Origin: Cetorhinus maximus
Lineage: Eukaryota
DNA length: 64,000 nucleotides
Direction: 5' to 3'
Assembly (NCBI RefSeq): GCF_964194155.1
Contig: NC_135897.1
Span: 84,878,001 to 84,942,000 of the forward strand
The position numbers were made by a program, and so were the translations under genes. Within the stretch, counting starts at the first letter, position 1; each line of letters opens with the position of its first letter. This document shows positions 12,440-24,914 of this stretch, piece after piece. A model generated the notes under the pieces. It was given only the letters and a program-made list of their open reading frames with translations, was not told the DNA's origin and made no database searches.

Positions 12440-13159
12440 AATCTCTTCATGACAGTGTTTCACCATTTTTCCTATATCACTGTCTATACCTGGCCACCAG
12501 ATATAACTTCGTGTGAGCATCTTCATTTTCAAAATACCAGGATGAACACCATGGAGTTCTTCCAATAATGGTTCTCTTCCATGCACAGGGATAACGACTC
12601 TTGCTCCCCATAACAAGATACCATCTTGACAACTCAGTTCAGATCTACAGACAAAGAATGTTTTAAATTCTTCAGGAATTTGTGCATTTGACCATCCTTG
12701 TAATACTTGTTCTCCAACTCTTGCTAAAATTGGATCCCGCTTCATCCAATTCTTTATCTGTCGCGTGCAGACTGATGAGGAGCCCAGGAAATTCAACGCA
12801 AGTACTACCTCTTGAGGTACTGGTACGTGTATAATACTATTGGGCAAAGGGAGATGACTGAGGGCGTTAGCATTTGCTACATCACGCCCAGACAGTGCAT
12901 TAAAAGTGTACTCATGTGCCGACAAAATTAAAGCCCATCTTTGATTTCTAGCAGAGGCTGGAATCAGTGGGATTGCCTTATCTTCACTAAGCAATCCTAA
13001 CAGTGATTTGTGATCTGACACTGTGGTGAAGTGTTGACCGTGCAAATATTGATGGAACATTTTTACTCCAAGTACGATAGATAAGCCCTCTTTTTCAAGT
13101 TGCGAATATCCTTTTTCAGCTGCAGAGTGGGTTCTGGATACATATCCTATTGGTCTTTC
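12440..13159 (-). pseudogene. Ty3/Gypsy pol fragment (RNase H to integrase N-terminus), element A
   Basis: RPIGYVSRT, FHQYLHGQHFTTVSDHKSLLGL, LHGVHPGILKMK, YIWWPGID motifs. Confidence 0.92.
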
Positions 13160-13604
13160 AGGTTTGATTTCTGTTTCTTCATTTTATGTTAGCCACAGGG
13201 TTTTATCTTGCCCTTCATTCTGATTCCACAGTCGGCCACATTTCTCTCTGGTGAAATCTTAATTTAGTTCAGTTCGGGGGTTGAGTTACACATTCGCATC
13301 TCGGAAAGTTCCATGACTTTTCCTTCTAATGTCTCTTTTGTTTCAATCAACTGATTCCTCAGTTCTTCTGTCTCTCTTTTGTATCTTTTGGCTTCCTCAT
13401 TGAACATTGAACACGGTTGTTTATTTTCTTCCAACTGTGTCTTCAGAGTGGCACTGTAGTCGCTTCACTTCCTTTCATGATTTTCCCATGGAACCAACTC
13501 TGACCAGAGGGAACCTTGCTTCCTGTGGAGGTCCCTCGGTTCTATCTCATTCCAAAAGACACCACCATCTTCTCTTCTCAACTCAGGATTTCGCCTTGTT
13601 CTGA

Positions 13605-14824
13605 CCTGAAACATTTCTGACCAGTTTAGATTGACTTCTTTCAACCAATCACAGCCCAGAAGGCTAAACCCATTCTACAGTTACAACAATTACTGGCAGC
13701 TGAGCTGTCTGTTGCCTGTATGGTACAGGTGCAGAGGTGATGCCTTTTACCTGTATTGCTTCTCCTGTATACGTTTTTAACTGAACAGCAGTTTTGTCCA
13801 AACTCAATGGCTGGGTACCTTCTCTGAGGTATTTAAAGATGTGTCTTCCCACCTCTGTGGTTGATGCTCCTGTGTCAACCTCCATGAGCAGAGGCTTTCC
13901 TTTTACTTGAAGGGTAACAGTGATTGGTTCAGTTTTCCTGGCCTTCAGATTGTGCAGGGAATAAACGTCAGTCTCAGAAACTTCTGACTCATCTATAGTG
14001 TGTACTTCATTTAACTTGATCTGATGCCTGAATGGCTGGCTTGACCTAGTCCTGCATTGTTTAACAACATGCCCTTTTTTGTGGCAGTAGTGGCATTCTA
14101 CCTCTTTAAATCTACAGACTTCAGATGCATGATTTCCCCCACAACGGTAAAACTTTAGCTTTTGGATTACTGGCGAGCTGCTCCCGGTATTTATTTTTAT
14201 TTTTTTAGCGGTAGGGACCGTGTCTTGCTTCGCGGTAGCCTCCCTGGTCTTGGCGCAATGTCTGACAGCAGGTTCCTGCCCTAGCTGCAGAATGGCACCA
14301 TGTTGCACACACTGTAAACCCCTCTCAGCACTCTCCATTGCTAGCGCTATCTCCATGGTGTGCTTCAAATCTATGTCAACTTCTGCAAGCAAACGGCGCT
14401 GAATGGCGTCATCGTTTATGCCGCAAACCAAACGATCGCGCAACATGGCGTTTAAAGTATCACCGAAGTCAAAGTGCTCTGTTAACTATTTTAATTTCAC
14501 GATGTACATTGCGATAGACTCACCGGGGGCCCTTACTCGAGAATTAATCTTGAATCTTTGCATGATCTCTGGGGGTTTAGGCTGAAAATGTCCTTTCACG
14601 AGGTTGGTTAGCTCAGTGAAGGGTGTGGCATTTAGTGCGTTCGGAGCCGTCAAGCTACGGATTACCTTATACGTTTTGCTCCCACAGACACTTAGGAGAA
14701 TTGCCTTTTGTTTCTCCTCCACCATTATTTCGTTAGCTAGAAAGTAGAAACCTGATCGTTCAATGCACTGACCCCAGTCCTTGACGGGTGAGTTGTATGG
14801 GTCAATTCTGCCAAAGAGAGGCAT
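13605..14824 (-). pseudogene. Ty3/Gypsy gag and aspartic protease, element A
   Basis: MPLFGRIDPY..., LRDRLVCGI, CCHC knuckle CHYCHKKGHVVKQC, protease motif VDTGAS; one in-frame stop near 14486. Confidence 0.93.
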
Positions 14825-14907
14825 TGCTGGTATACTTCTTTTATTCCTTCCCTTAAAATATCGGGATACTCACAGCTGCGAGGTGAGGTGCTACGTCGGT
14901 GCTATTT

Positions 14908-14920
14908 ATCCTCGTTGCCA
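14908..14920 (-). other. Primer-binding site, tRNA-Ser(GCT)-like
   Basis: Minus strand TGGCAACGAGGAT, 2 nt from the LTR end; one mismatch to TGGCGACGAGGAT, the complement of the vertebrate tRNA-Ser(GCT) 3' end. Confidence 0.8.
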
Positions 14921-14922
14921 AT

Positions 14923-15099
14923 TGTAATAAACTTGGAGTGCAGGACTAGTTTCTTGTTAGAAACAATAAACTTTATTTAGACTCCAAATGAGGCTACATG
15001 CTTGTTCCCAGCTCCGCCCCTAAGATTCGCCAAGCTTGGGGCTGATGCGTCTGCACAGTTACATGATGCCCATAACAGGAAGAAATGGTTTAACTTACA
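14923..15099 (-). mobile_element. Short (177 bp) 5' LTR of Gypsy element A
   Basis: Inverted termini tgtaa...ttaca, adjacent PBS, tttatt (minus-strand AATAAA) near 14972. Confidence 0.8.
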
Positions 15100-16882
15100 A
15101 TCATTACACCATTGGATGAAGGATGAAAGGGAGAGGCCTTTATGCGCTGGATACCGTTCAGGTCTGTAAATCTCTGAAATTCCATGCTGGTGAAAGCTGT
15201 TCCATTATCAAAAATAATAATCTCAGGGAAACCATCTATACTGAAGAAATGATGCATCTTTTCTGTAGTTACAGCTGAAGTTGGCATTTTTACTTCATAG
15301 ACATCAAGCCATTTTGGATGTGCATCGATGATTAATAGGAACATGATGCCTAGAAGCAGTTCTACATAGTCAATGTGCAGTCTAACCAAAGGTTGACCAG
15401 GCCATTCCTATGGGTGAGGAGGAGTTGAAACAGGTAGCTCCTGGTGTTGCTGGCCAAGGGAACAGTGTTTAACCATGCTGTCAATGTCATTATCTATCCC
15501 TGGCCACCAGATGTAGCTACGTTCCAGCATCTTCATCTTCAATATGCTATAGAGGAGATGTGCGGGGCAAGTTTTTTACGCAAAGGGCAGTGAGTGTCTG
15601 GAATTTGCTGCCAGAGGAGGTGGTGGAAGCAGGTACGATAGTGGTGTTTAAGAGGCAGCTTGACAAATACATGAATAGGATGGGAATAGAGGGATACGGA
15701 CCCCGGAAGTGCAAAATGTTTTAGTTGACGGGCAATATGATTGGCGCAGGCTTGGAGGGCCGAAGGGCCTGTTCCTGTGCTGTACTTTTCTTTGTTCTTT
15801 GTTCTATGCCTGGATGTGCACTGTGGAGCTCTGCCAAGAGTGACTGCCTACCCTGTGACGGGACCATGATTCTTGAACCCCACAGCAAAATTCCGTCTTG
15901 ACAACTCGGTTCAGTGTTTCTGGAATAAAATGGTGGTAAGTCATCAGACACAAGTGTTCTTGGCCATCCTTGTAAAACAAAGTCTTTGACTTTTGACAGT
16001 ACTGGGCCTCTGTTCATCCAATCCTTGATCTGTGACAGGTGATGAATCCGAGAAATTTAACAATAACACTAACTCTTGTGGAACGGATAGATTTACAAGA
16101 CTACCCGGTAATGGGAGATGACTAAGTGCATCTGCATTGGTTATATGTGAGCCAGGGCAGTACATGAATGTGTACTCGTAAGCTGATAGCATCAAAGCCC
16201 AATGTTAGATTCTCGTTGAAGCTGCAGGCGGAATGACTTTGTCTCCGCTGAACAAACCTGTCAGCAGCTTATGGTCAGACAACTTTGTAAAATGTCACCC
16301 GTGTAGATATTGGTGAAACTTCTTGACACCAAATACAACTAAGAAAGTGTTCTTGAAATGTAGCCAATGGGTCTTTCTGATCCGTCCTCCATTTGATGTG
16401 ATAGAACGGCTCCTGCACCATAAAGGGAAGCATCACATGTCAACACTAGCTCTTTAGATGGGTCATAATGTACCAACAAGCATGGTGACTGAAGCAGTTT
16501 CTTCACTTTTACAAAGGCTTTTTCTTGCTGTGAACTCCATAACCAATGGTGCTTCTTCCTCAGAGACAAATGTAGTGGTGCCAGTACAGTGGATAGATAG
16601 TAATTATCACACCTCAGAAAGATTTAAGCTCTTTCACATTAGAGGGTGACGGTGCATCGTTAATTACTTGGATCTTGTCTTCAACAGGATGCAACCCCAT
16701 TGAGCCCACCCTGTAACCCAGGTAGGTTACCTCCCATACTTGAAATGTGCCATTTTTCTCACTTCAAACGGACACCTGTTTCCATAAATCTTCTCAGCGC
16801 TTCCTCAAGGTCGGCTAAATGTTCAGCCTCACTCAGTCCTTTGATGAGAATGTCATTATAGTACACGGCCACATGTGGTCTA
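15100..16882 (-). pseudogene. Second Ty3/Gypsy pol (RT, RNase H, integrase), element B
   Basis: Degenerate YxDD (VYYNDIL near 16845-16870), LTCDASLYGAGAVLSH, RLHIDY, FDNGTAFTS, PFHPSSNG; multiple frameshifts. Confidence 0.92.
15548..15804 (+). mobile_element. 5'-truncated CR1 inserted in Gypsy B integrase
   Basis: CR1 tail gggccgaagggcctgttcctgtgctgt; TSD tatgc at 15543-15547 and 15805-15809; removing it restores AHPGILKMKM. Confidence 0.9.
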
Positions 16883-16889
16883 TTTTCAA

Positions 16890-17091
16890 TAAAAATCCGG
16901 TGAAGACCATGAAATGATTGTTGTAAAAACCCATCTGGTTCACTAATATCCTTCAGGGAAGGAAATCTACTGTCCTCACCTCTTCTGGCCTAGCCTGAAC
17001 TCCTGACTCACAAATGCCCTCTGAGCAAGGCAATAAATGCTGGCCTAGCCAGTAACGCCCACATCCAATGAATAAAAAGAAAAAAAAAAAT
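16890..17091 (+). mobile_element. SINE family B (shares tail with LINE B), partial
   Basis: cccatctggttcactaatatccttcagggaaggaaatct core and gcaataaatgctggcctagccag tail; matches 50388-50780. Confidence 0.8.
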
Positions 17092-17209
17092 TGTATGAAT
17101 CGATTCTTCCAGACAGTGGCATGACTGGTAAGTATTGTTCAACTTCATTTTACTCACATCAACCAGGGCAAAGTACGCAGAAGTCGGTTTTATCCTCATC
17201 GCCAAATAA

Positions 17210-17290
17210 CTTATGTAAGACTATAATAACTATAACTTATATAACATATAACTAATAACTTATATAATAACTTAAATTGTAACTTAATGG
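17210..17290. repeat. AT-rich simple repeat (ataact-like)
   Basis: Short tandem degenerate units visible. Confidence 0.7.
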
Positions 17291-18144
17291 AGCAGCAGGT
17301 TTGGTGAAGAAAAGGTTAAACGTTATTTAGGAGACATGTAGAAGTGCCTGCATGCTAGATGTGATCTCTCTGTCAGAAGCCCCACAATTACCTACGCAAT
17401 AAGCCCCCTGTAATTGCATCACATGATGAGTGATTGACAGGAGGGAGGGACAATACATCTGGTACTACAACATTTCAAGATTACCTCCCCTTGAGTCCAG
17501 TTTTTTTTCTGGGGTAACTTATACACACCACAAATGATTGCGAGAGATTTCCCCAGGAAGAAATTAATTTGAATAGAATTATCTTGTACCATGTGTGATA
17601 CAATGTGTGACACTGAACACATAGTGCTTACATGACAGGAAGTGAGCACATACTGATTTTATCCTATAGGCTTGAGATATCCACAATACAAAAATCAAAA
17701 TCCTCTTTCTTTTTTAATTTTTTGTTACAATGGAGTAATTTATTTGGGTGAACATTTTGCTCATCCAACTGTAAATGTCTGGGGACCAGGCAATGGAAAG
17801 TTGCACCTGATATCAGAATAAAATATTTTCATCGAATCATAGAATGGTTACAGCATAGAAGGAGGCCATTCGGCCCATTGAGCCAGTTCTCTGCAACAGC
17901 AATTTAGTTACTCCCACTCCCTCGACCTTTCCCTGTAGCCCTGCGATTTATTTTTCCATTCAGGTGCTTATCCAATTCCCTTTTGAAAGGCATGATTGAA
18001 TCTGCCTGCACCACTCTTTCAGGCTGGGCATTCCAGATCGTAACCGCTAAATGGGAGCAGTTTCTCTCTATTCTTTTCAGGCCCTTCGTGATTTTGAACA
18101 CTTCTGTCAAATTTCTTGCCGGCCTCTCTTTTGTTAAATTCTTT

Positions 18145-18565
18145 TGCTAGACATGGGTGTCACTAACTAGACCAGCATTCATTGCCCATCCCTAATTGAC
18201 CGTGAGGAGGTGGTGGTGAGCCGCCTTCTTGAAACGCTGCAGTCCATGTGGTGTAGGTACACCCAGAGTGCTGTTAGGGAGGGAGTTCCAAGATTTTGAC
18301 CCAGCGACAGCGAAGGAACGGCGATATATTTCCAAGTCAGGATGGTGAGTGTCTTTGAGGGGAACTTCCAGGTGGTGGTGTTCCCATGTGTCTGCTGCCC
18401 TCGTCCTTCTAGATGGTAGAGGTCACCATGGGGTTGCATATTGTGGGTTGTATACAATTTTGCTGCTGCTGATGGCTCATGGCAGCAAGTTTTGAACTGC
18501 TAGATGTGTTCAAAATCTATCCCATTTAGCACGGTGGTAGTGCCACCCAACACAATGGATGGTTC
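18145..18565 (-). mobile_element. LINE family B 3' fragments
   Basis: Reverse complement of the 2437-2640 tail and upstream body. Confidence 0.8.
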
Positions 18566-18898
18566 TTCTCTCAATTTTCTTTTCTCCAAGAAGATCAGTC
18601 TCAACTTCTCCAACCTTTCTTTGTAACTGAAACTACTCATCCCTGGAACCACTCTCGTAGACCTTTTCTGCACCCTCTCTAATGTCTTCACATCCTTCCT
18701 AAAGTGGTGCCCAGAACTGAACGCATCAGCCCAGTTGAGGCAAAGCCAATATTTAATACAGGTTCAACCTAACTTGCTTGGTTTTGTACTCTATGCCATG
18801 ACTGAAAAAAACCCAAGATCCTGAATGCTCTATTAACCACTCTCTCAACCTGTCCAGCCACTTTCAATGATTAATGCATATCTGTACCCGGGTCCTTC

Positions 18899-19467
18899 CC
18901 TTTTATCATCGGGGACCTGATGTTGAGGGTATTACATTGAAATTGTAGGTTAATGTGGTTGACAGAATCCCAGGCCACATGTGTTTTCTGCAGCCAAGGA
19001 GACCCCATGTTCCAGGCGTATGTGGATTGCCCGAGGCAGCAGCCCCCTTTTTCATTTTTTGAAGGGGCTGCTCCTCAATATTTGGTTGCACTTCAGCCCC
19101 GCTCTCCTGATCTTTGGTCACCTGGTGCGGAGGGGAGCTGGGGATGGGCGGAGAAGGAGGACCTCCTCGTAAGCCTGATCCAGGGCCCGGCCAAGTCGGC
19201 CATCAACAGGCCCAGGCAGCGGGTGGTCTGACTGGACCGTCTGCTCCTCTACCACGGCTACGAACGTGGCCGGTGGCCTTGGAGAGAGAGCACGTGGTGT
19301 CCGCCAGTATGGTAGACGCCTTCTGCATACCTGGGAATGACATTTTGATTTGATTTCACATGTTTCCTTTGAAGTTTTGTTTTAATTACAGAGCCCCACC
19401 AGGGGCTGTCACCCACTCTGATTCATTGATTTTTATTTATTGATTTTTGTTTGTTTCATCAAAAGAG
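18899..19467 (+). mobile_element. L1/Tx1-clade LINE 3' fragment
   Basis: Decayed C-terminal zinc-finger region (CVFC...YVDC), LLIFGH and AKSAINR motifs; T-rich 3' UTR; imperfect 16-bp TSD tgtacccgggtccttc (18883-18898) / tatacccaggcccttc (19468-19483). Confidence 0.75.
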
Positions 19468-19776
19468 TATACCCAGGCCCTTCTGCTCCTGCACCCCCAT
19501 TAGAATTGTTCCTTCTATTTTGTATTGTGGGCGGAATCATCCCAGATTCACACTGTGTGTGTGGGTAAAACGCAATGGCGGCTTTTTACGCTGTATTGAC
19601 CCAAACCTGCTGCATTAATTATGCATTCCCGGAAGACACGCCATTTCCATGGTGGGCTGGCTCTCATTCGCCCACCACGCCTTTACCTAGCTGTTTCATC
19701 ACGCTGGGCACCACATTTAAAGTGCAGCCACGAGCACACCTCTCAGTGCTCCTGAGACTGCTGCACAGAAGATAGG

Positions 19777-21300
19777 ATGGCCCCGAAAGGCAAGGAGACT
19801 GCAGCCCCCCCGCTGCAGTGACACGTCCTTTGAGCATCTTTTGAACGCCGTGGACGCTCGACGTGATGTCCTCTACCCTGGTTCCTGCCGCAGGGTGGGC
19901 AGCTACATCACCAATCCAGCATGGGAGGTGATGGCAGCAGTGGTCATCAACGTGCTGCAAAAGAGGACAGCCACCCAGTGCCGCCGCAGGGTGAATGGTC
20001 TCATCTGTTCCACCAGGGTAACTCACTCTTCTCATCACTCTCAGCTCACACACTCCCAAAACCATCACACACCCAAAGGGATCTCACACCTCAAAGGACA
20101 ACACTACTAACTCTCACCCACACCCTCACACCTCCATTAGCTCGTACCCTCTCGAATTCGCATGCTCACTCTGACCAGTGCCATGTGCTCTGCTCACACT
20201 CTCTCCATCTGTTTTCATGCAGGAGAAGCTGGCTCACAACAACAGGGAGAGGTCTCAGTCCAGGGTGGAGTGGCCCATATTAGGCCCCTCACTCACTTTG
20301 AGGAACGTGCCATCGCGCTGACTGGTGAGGACATGGACCGTAGCTGCGGTGATGGTGAGGTCGGCAGCAAACACCTCGTGAGGATCCTGCACAATACCAT
20401 CCCTCTCCCAACACAAATGTGAGGGCTCCCTCTGCTGCTTTTGACTGTGCTGCCATACACTAATCATCTCTACTTTGGTTCACAGGGACCGATACCCTCA
20501 GCCAGCCAGTCTCTCAGCTCCATCCAGGTCCTCACCTCCTGCCAAGAGGACACCTCTTCCATTGAAGGGCTGGAAATAAGCAGCCTGGAAGACCCATCAC
20601 AGTGCTTGCCCACACCCTCCGCCAGCGCAGAGACACACACCTCGGTGGGGCCTAGATTGAGAGCAGGCTTGGGTTCACAATCTGGTGGTCACCACGTGGA
20701 CACATGTCCGCGGCAGGACAAGGCAGGTTCGCCTGAGCTCCCTGGCACTCGGAGGACTGCTGGGGATCAAGCATCTGTGAGGTCCGAGTCAGATGACGAC
20801 CCTCTGGATTTGGCCTTCTAATTCATCCTGGAGAGTCAGCAGAAGGCGGGGAAGCATCATACAGAGCTGTTGGAAACCCTCTGCAGAGTGGCACGTGAGT
20901 CGGAGGAATGCGCCCACCTGCTCTCTGATGAAGCGGTGCCCACATGTGCGTGTATGGAGGTCTCCATGGGGAGGATGGCGGATGCCATGGAGACCCTGGT
21001 CCAGCAGAACGTGGAGATGTGTGCAGACCTGCACTCCATCGCGGGAACCATGGGTGAGTTTCTGCAGTGGCAATGCAAGAGGGAAATGGGAAACTAACCT
21101 CGATGTCCCTCCAGGTGCTCCTTCCCCACAAGGAGTCAGGCCTGGGCCCTCAGGCACCCGGGGGGAGGAGGAGCAGCAGCTGGACACCTCTGGGTCATCC
21201 ACTCAGGAATCTCACAGGCTGTCCACTCCCACTGAGTCCCCTTTGCCTTTGAGCCCCTCAACCTCACCCTCTGTCACCACAGAGGGAGCAGCTGGTCCAG
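19777..21300 (+). pseudogene. Harbinger Myb/SANT-like (trihelix, NAIF1-like) protein, 3 exons: 19777-20017, 20223-about 20377, about 20487-21300
   Basis: MAPKGKETAAPR...LLNAVDARRDVLYP...AWEVMAAVV...RTATQCRRRVNGL, GTaact donor, ttttcatgcAG acceptor, EKLAHNNRER...GG...LTHFEERA; frameshifts near 19810 and 20260, stop at 20819-20821. Confidence 0.85.
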
Positions 21301-21559
21301 GATTGATATTGGAGTGAGAAGTGTGTGTGTGTGCGGTGGGGGTCGGGGGGAGCCTTTCGTAGCCTCGTTCAAACACTCTCCCACGTGGATCCTTCACGTA
21401 TCACACTCACCACAATGCCCTGAACATTTTCAATGCTGCCTGCTGGGGTTTGCTTTCAGTTGTCCATCTGAGCTGACCTGCATCTCCGCCCACCCAATGA
21501 TCACTCTCGCATGCAGCACCTGATCTCACCCACCACAACTCTCGTTTCATTTTCAATTT

Positions 21560-22450
21560 GGACAGCACGGTCTGGGATTCGGTTTTTCATGTGCTCCCCC
21601 GTCTTTTCCCCTCCCCTGTCACCCATTTCCTTTCCCCCATCACAGTTGACCCCCCTGGCATCACATTCCACCTCCCCTCCGCAACCTACCAGCCACAGCC
21701 CTTTTCCTTCAGCAATGTCCAGGTGAACGTGCATGTTCCCTTCCTTCCCGAAAATCCCACCTCCATCCATATTCACCTCCCCGACCTCCTCCTTCCCACC
21801 CCAGATTCCGTGTCTACCTCCGAGTCCCCACCAACCACCCTCGCCGTCCCTTCTACTGATACTGTCAAACCCTCACCCTCCCACCCTACCCCCTCACTCT
21901 GCCCTCGATCATTCTCACCATTCCCTCGTACCATGACCACCCTCAGTTCGCTCCCCAGGAGGCAGTCATGGACTCCTCAGAGCCCTCCCTTGCACTTTCA
22001 CCTGGACATCCCCTCACCACCTCCCTTAGTCCTCCCACCTCAGGACTCCATCCCCACTTAGTCCTTCCCCCTTCCTGACTCCTTCAGACACCCTTATTTC
22101 TCCACCCTTAGCCCTTCCCTCTTCCCAACTCATTCTTTCACCCTTACTTCTTTGTCCAGCCTCACTCCCTCCCCCCTCTGCACTCCTTCCCCACTCCGAA
22201 CTCCTTCCCTTACACCTTCCACCCCCACCTTATACCTACCTCCCCAGTTGCCGTCTTCTCCCCTGTTGCTCCCTCCTTCCCCCGTACTCCCTCCCCCAAC
22301 CTCCCCCACAACACCTTCATTCCCCCCACAACCTCACCCCTTTCTGACACCTTTTCCTCTCCCAATCGATCCTAGACCTTCCTCCCCCATCCCCCGGTAC
22401 GTCTTCCTCTCCCAAACACAGCTAGACCTCCCTCTCCACCCCCTCGATCA
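21560..22450. repeat. C/T-rich low-complexity tract inside Harbinger element 1
   Basis: Strong pyrimidine skew; produces Pro/Ser-rich spurious ORFs. Confidence 0.8.
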
Positions 22451-23244
22451 TCATGCATGGTGAGTAGGCCCTCAATGGTGACTTTCCATCTTCCATGAGC
22501 TGCTTTGCAGGACAGCCATGTCCATGAGTATCCACCCAGCATGCCATGGATGTTCCTCCAGTGCTCTGTTGATGTCGGGCTCCAGCATCTTCTGCTCCTC
22601 AGATGTCTGCGATGTGAGCAAGACCCTGACGATAAGTCCCGACTTCTGCACATCACACTTGTGAAGACGTGTTCTGCACCGATGTGTTTTCCCGCTGACG
22701 TGGACGGACGATTCAGCAAGGGCGGGGGGTTGATTCTGGCGGGCTGGTCTTATGATGATATGCAGGTGTATTACAATGAGGTTCCCAACGTCCGATGGTG
22801 GGGAACATGGCCCGCCATCGATGAGCTGAGTGGACAATCGCAAACTGGTTTCACAATGTCATGAAGCCAATTTTTGGCCTTCTCGCCAGTTTGTCCGCTC
22901 ATGCCATCGAACACGCCAATGCCAGTGGGCATGGATGATTCCGCCTGCATTCACCCTACCAAAATGAATCACCTCACACTTATCTGCATTAAATTTCATC
23001 TGCCACTTGTCCACCCGTTCCACCAACCTGCCTATGTCCTTTAGAAGTTCTACACTATCCTCCTCATAGTTCACAATGCTTCCAAGGTTTGTATCATCTG
23101 CAAATTTTGAAATTGTGCCCTGGACACTAAGGTCTAGGTCAAAATTATAAAGAATTCGTTAGAAAGACATGTCTACCAAACATTTTCTAATTCAATGCAA
23201 TGCCAGCCACTATCCCAAGGACCTCTCATTTCTTTTATTTTAAA

Positions 23245-23610
23245 TCATTTCTTGGATATGGGAGTCACTGGCAAAAGCAACATTTATTGCAAATCCCTAC
23301 TTGCCCTTGAGAACTTGGCGGTGAGCTGCCTTCTTAAACCATTGCGGCACACATGGTGGAGTTAATCCTAAGTGCCATTTGGTAAAAAGTTCCTAGATTT
23401 TAACTCAGCGACGATGAATGAGTGGTGATATATTTCCAAGTCAGGGTGGTGCTTTTGGAAGTAGTGGTGTTCTTCTGTCCTTGTCCTAGGTGGTAGATGT
23501 CATGGGTTTGGAAGGTTCTGTCCAAGAAGCCTTTGAGTTGCTGTAGTGCATCGTGTAGAGGGTACATTGCAGCCATAGTGCACCGGTGATGAAGGGAATG
23601 AGTATTTAAG
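23245..23610 (-). mobile_element. LINE family B 3' fragment (old)
   Basis: catttattgc...gcccttgaga...gtgagctgccttctt matches the reverse-complement tail. Confidence 0.75.
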
Positions 23611-24337
23611 GTATCTCTAATATAAGGGACTCTAATATTGATTTCCCAGCACTACTTGATTGCTAGATTTCATTTACTCTGTACAAGCAAGTTTGAAAGT
23701 GTGTATTTCCTGCTGATGACTGTCAATTGCCAAATGATGTGGAGCTAAATGCCATATCACTAGAACATGACATCAGTTTAGAGCTTTAATAAAATATAGT
23801 CAGGTATCAGGGAGACCCGCAACAGTGGTAGTTGTGGATTGTTACATTATAAATGCTACCTCGAACAGCAATGCCAGAAGAACGTCATAATGTGGCAACA
23901 TATCCTGATATCCCAGTTATTGAATTACTAAAGGCTTACATTGTGTGACTGATTTTATATGAAATGTGAGTCCTTGAGGAGGGAAACAAAGGCAAAAGAA
24001 AAGTATAAAGTAACAGAAAGAGGTGCGAGAATGGGGATGAAAGAAGACATTAAACATTTGTCCTTTTCATCAGTATGTTTGAGACCTTAGGTGTTCCAAT
24101 TCAGCTGCTAAATCTAAAGTTAAATTTTGAATGCAGGCTTTTACCAGAGTGGAAAAGCGTGTGTACTGCCAGGAACCTGGAGTGCCAATGAAAATTGTTG
24201 AGAGTTTGGTAGGCTGACAGAATTGCAGATTGGAAATGGTTTTCAAAATAAATTTTGCCAAATTTCCCTCCTTGTCGTAATATCCATGCCCGTTACTACA
24301 CACTCCTTGCCTAAGCTGTCACAAGTGCCTTTTATAA

Positions 24338-24515
24338 CCAGCTTATATTTCACCCCTCTCCTAACTATACTTCAGTTCTGTTCAAGGGTCGTGTGGACCC
24401 AAAAAGTTGACTCTTTTCTTCTCCACCGATGCTGCCAGACCTGCTGAGTTTTTCCAGGTAATTCTGTTTTTGTTTTGGATTTCCAGCATCCGCAGTAGTT
24501 TTTTGTTTTTATTTT
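24338..24515 (+). mobile_element. Short Penelope pLTR copy with 12-bp TSD
   Basis: gatgctgccagacctgctgagtttttccag tail and decayed hammerhead; exact TSD tgccttttataa at 24326-24337 and 24516-24527. Confidence 0.88.
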
Positions 24516-24734
24516 TGCCTTTTATAATTGACTACTTCCATGCTGTTAGATAGTTTGATTTAACAGCTTGCATTTATACAGCACCTTAAATGTAATAAAT
24601 GTCCCAATGTACTTTCCAAAGGAGAAATGGATAGTGAGCGATAATGGAATAGTTCAGGAGAGTGAGCAAAGGCCTGGTCACTGTTTGTGAACACCCTATT
24701 ATCTCTATAGGACCCTGATAGCTTTTTAACTCCT

Positions 24735-24905
24735 TACATATGGACATACGAATTAGGAGCAGGAGTAGGCCATTCGGCCCTTCGAGCTCCACCATTTGAT
24801 AAGATCATGGCTGATCTGATTGTGGTGTCTACTTTCCTGCTTACCCCCTATACCTTTTGACTCCCTTGACAATCAAGAATCTATCTAACTCAGCCTTAGA
24901 AAAAT
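24735..24905 (-). mobile_element. CR1 tail
   Basis: ggagcaggagtaggccattcggccc...agatcatggctgatct. Confidence 0.85.
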
Positions 24906-24914
24906 TTATATAAA

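Larger units (their letters stand above)
19529..22946 (+). mobile_element. PIF/Harbinger element 1, internally deleted (Myb gene retained, no transposase core)
   Basis: TIRs gggcggaatcatcc (19529-19542) / ggatgattccgcct (22933-22946); interrupts a CR1; carries a spliced Myb/SANT gene; TSD not cleanly resolved. Confidence 0.85.
17830..23140 (-). mobile_element. Fragmented CR1 LINE (pieces about 17830-18120, 18566-18898, 19468-19528, 22947-23140) hosting three later insertions
   Basis: Tail gaaggaggccattcggccc; ORFs LERVQKRSTR, YKERLEKL, KWQMKFNADKCEVIHFG are collinear across the insertions. Confidence 0.85.

Noticed and set aside
17158-17209. 52-nt minus-strand exon (YLAMRIKPTSAYFALVD) whose phases would bridge the two host exons
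   Set aside because: Good GTgagt donor but poor acceptor inside an AT-rich simple repeat; the phase match could be chance.
21511-22463. Pro/Ser-rich ORFs
   Set aside because: Products of the C-rich low-complexity tract inside Harbinger element 1.
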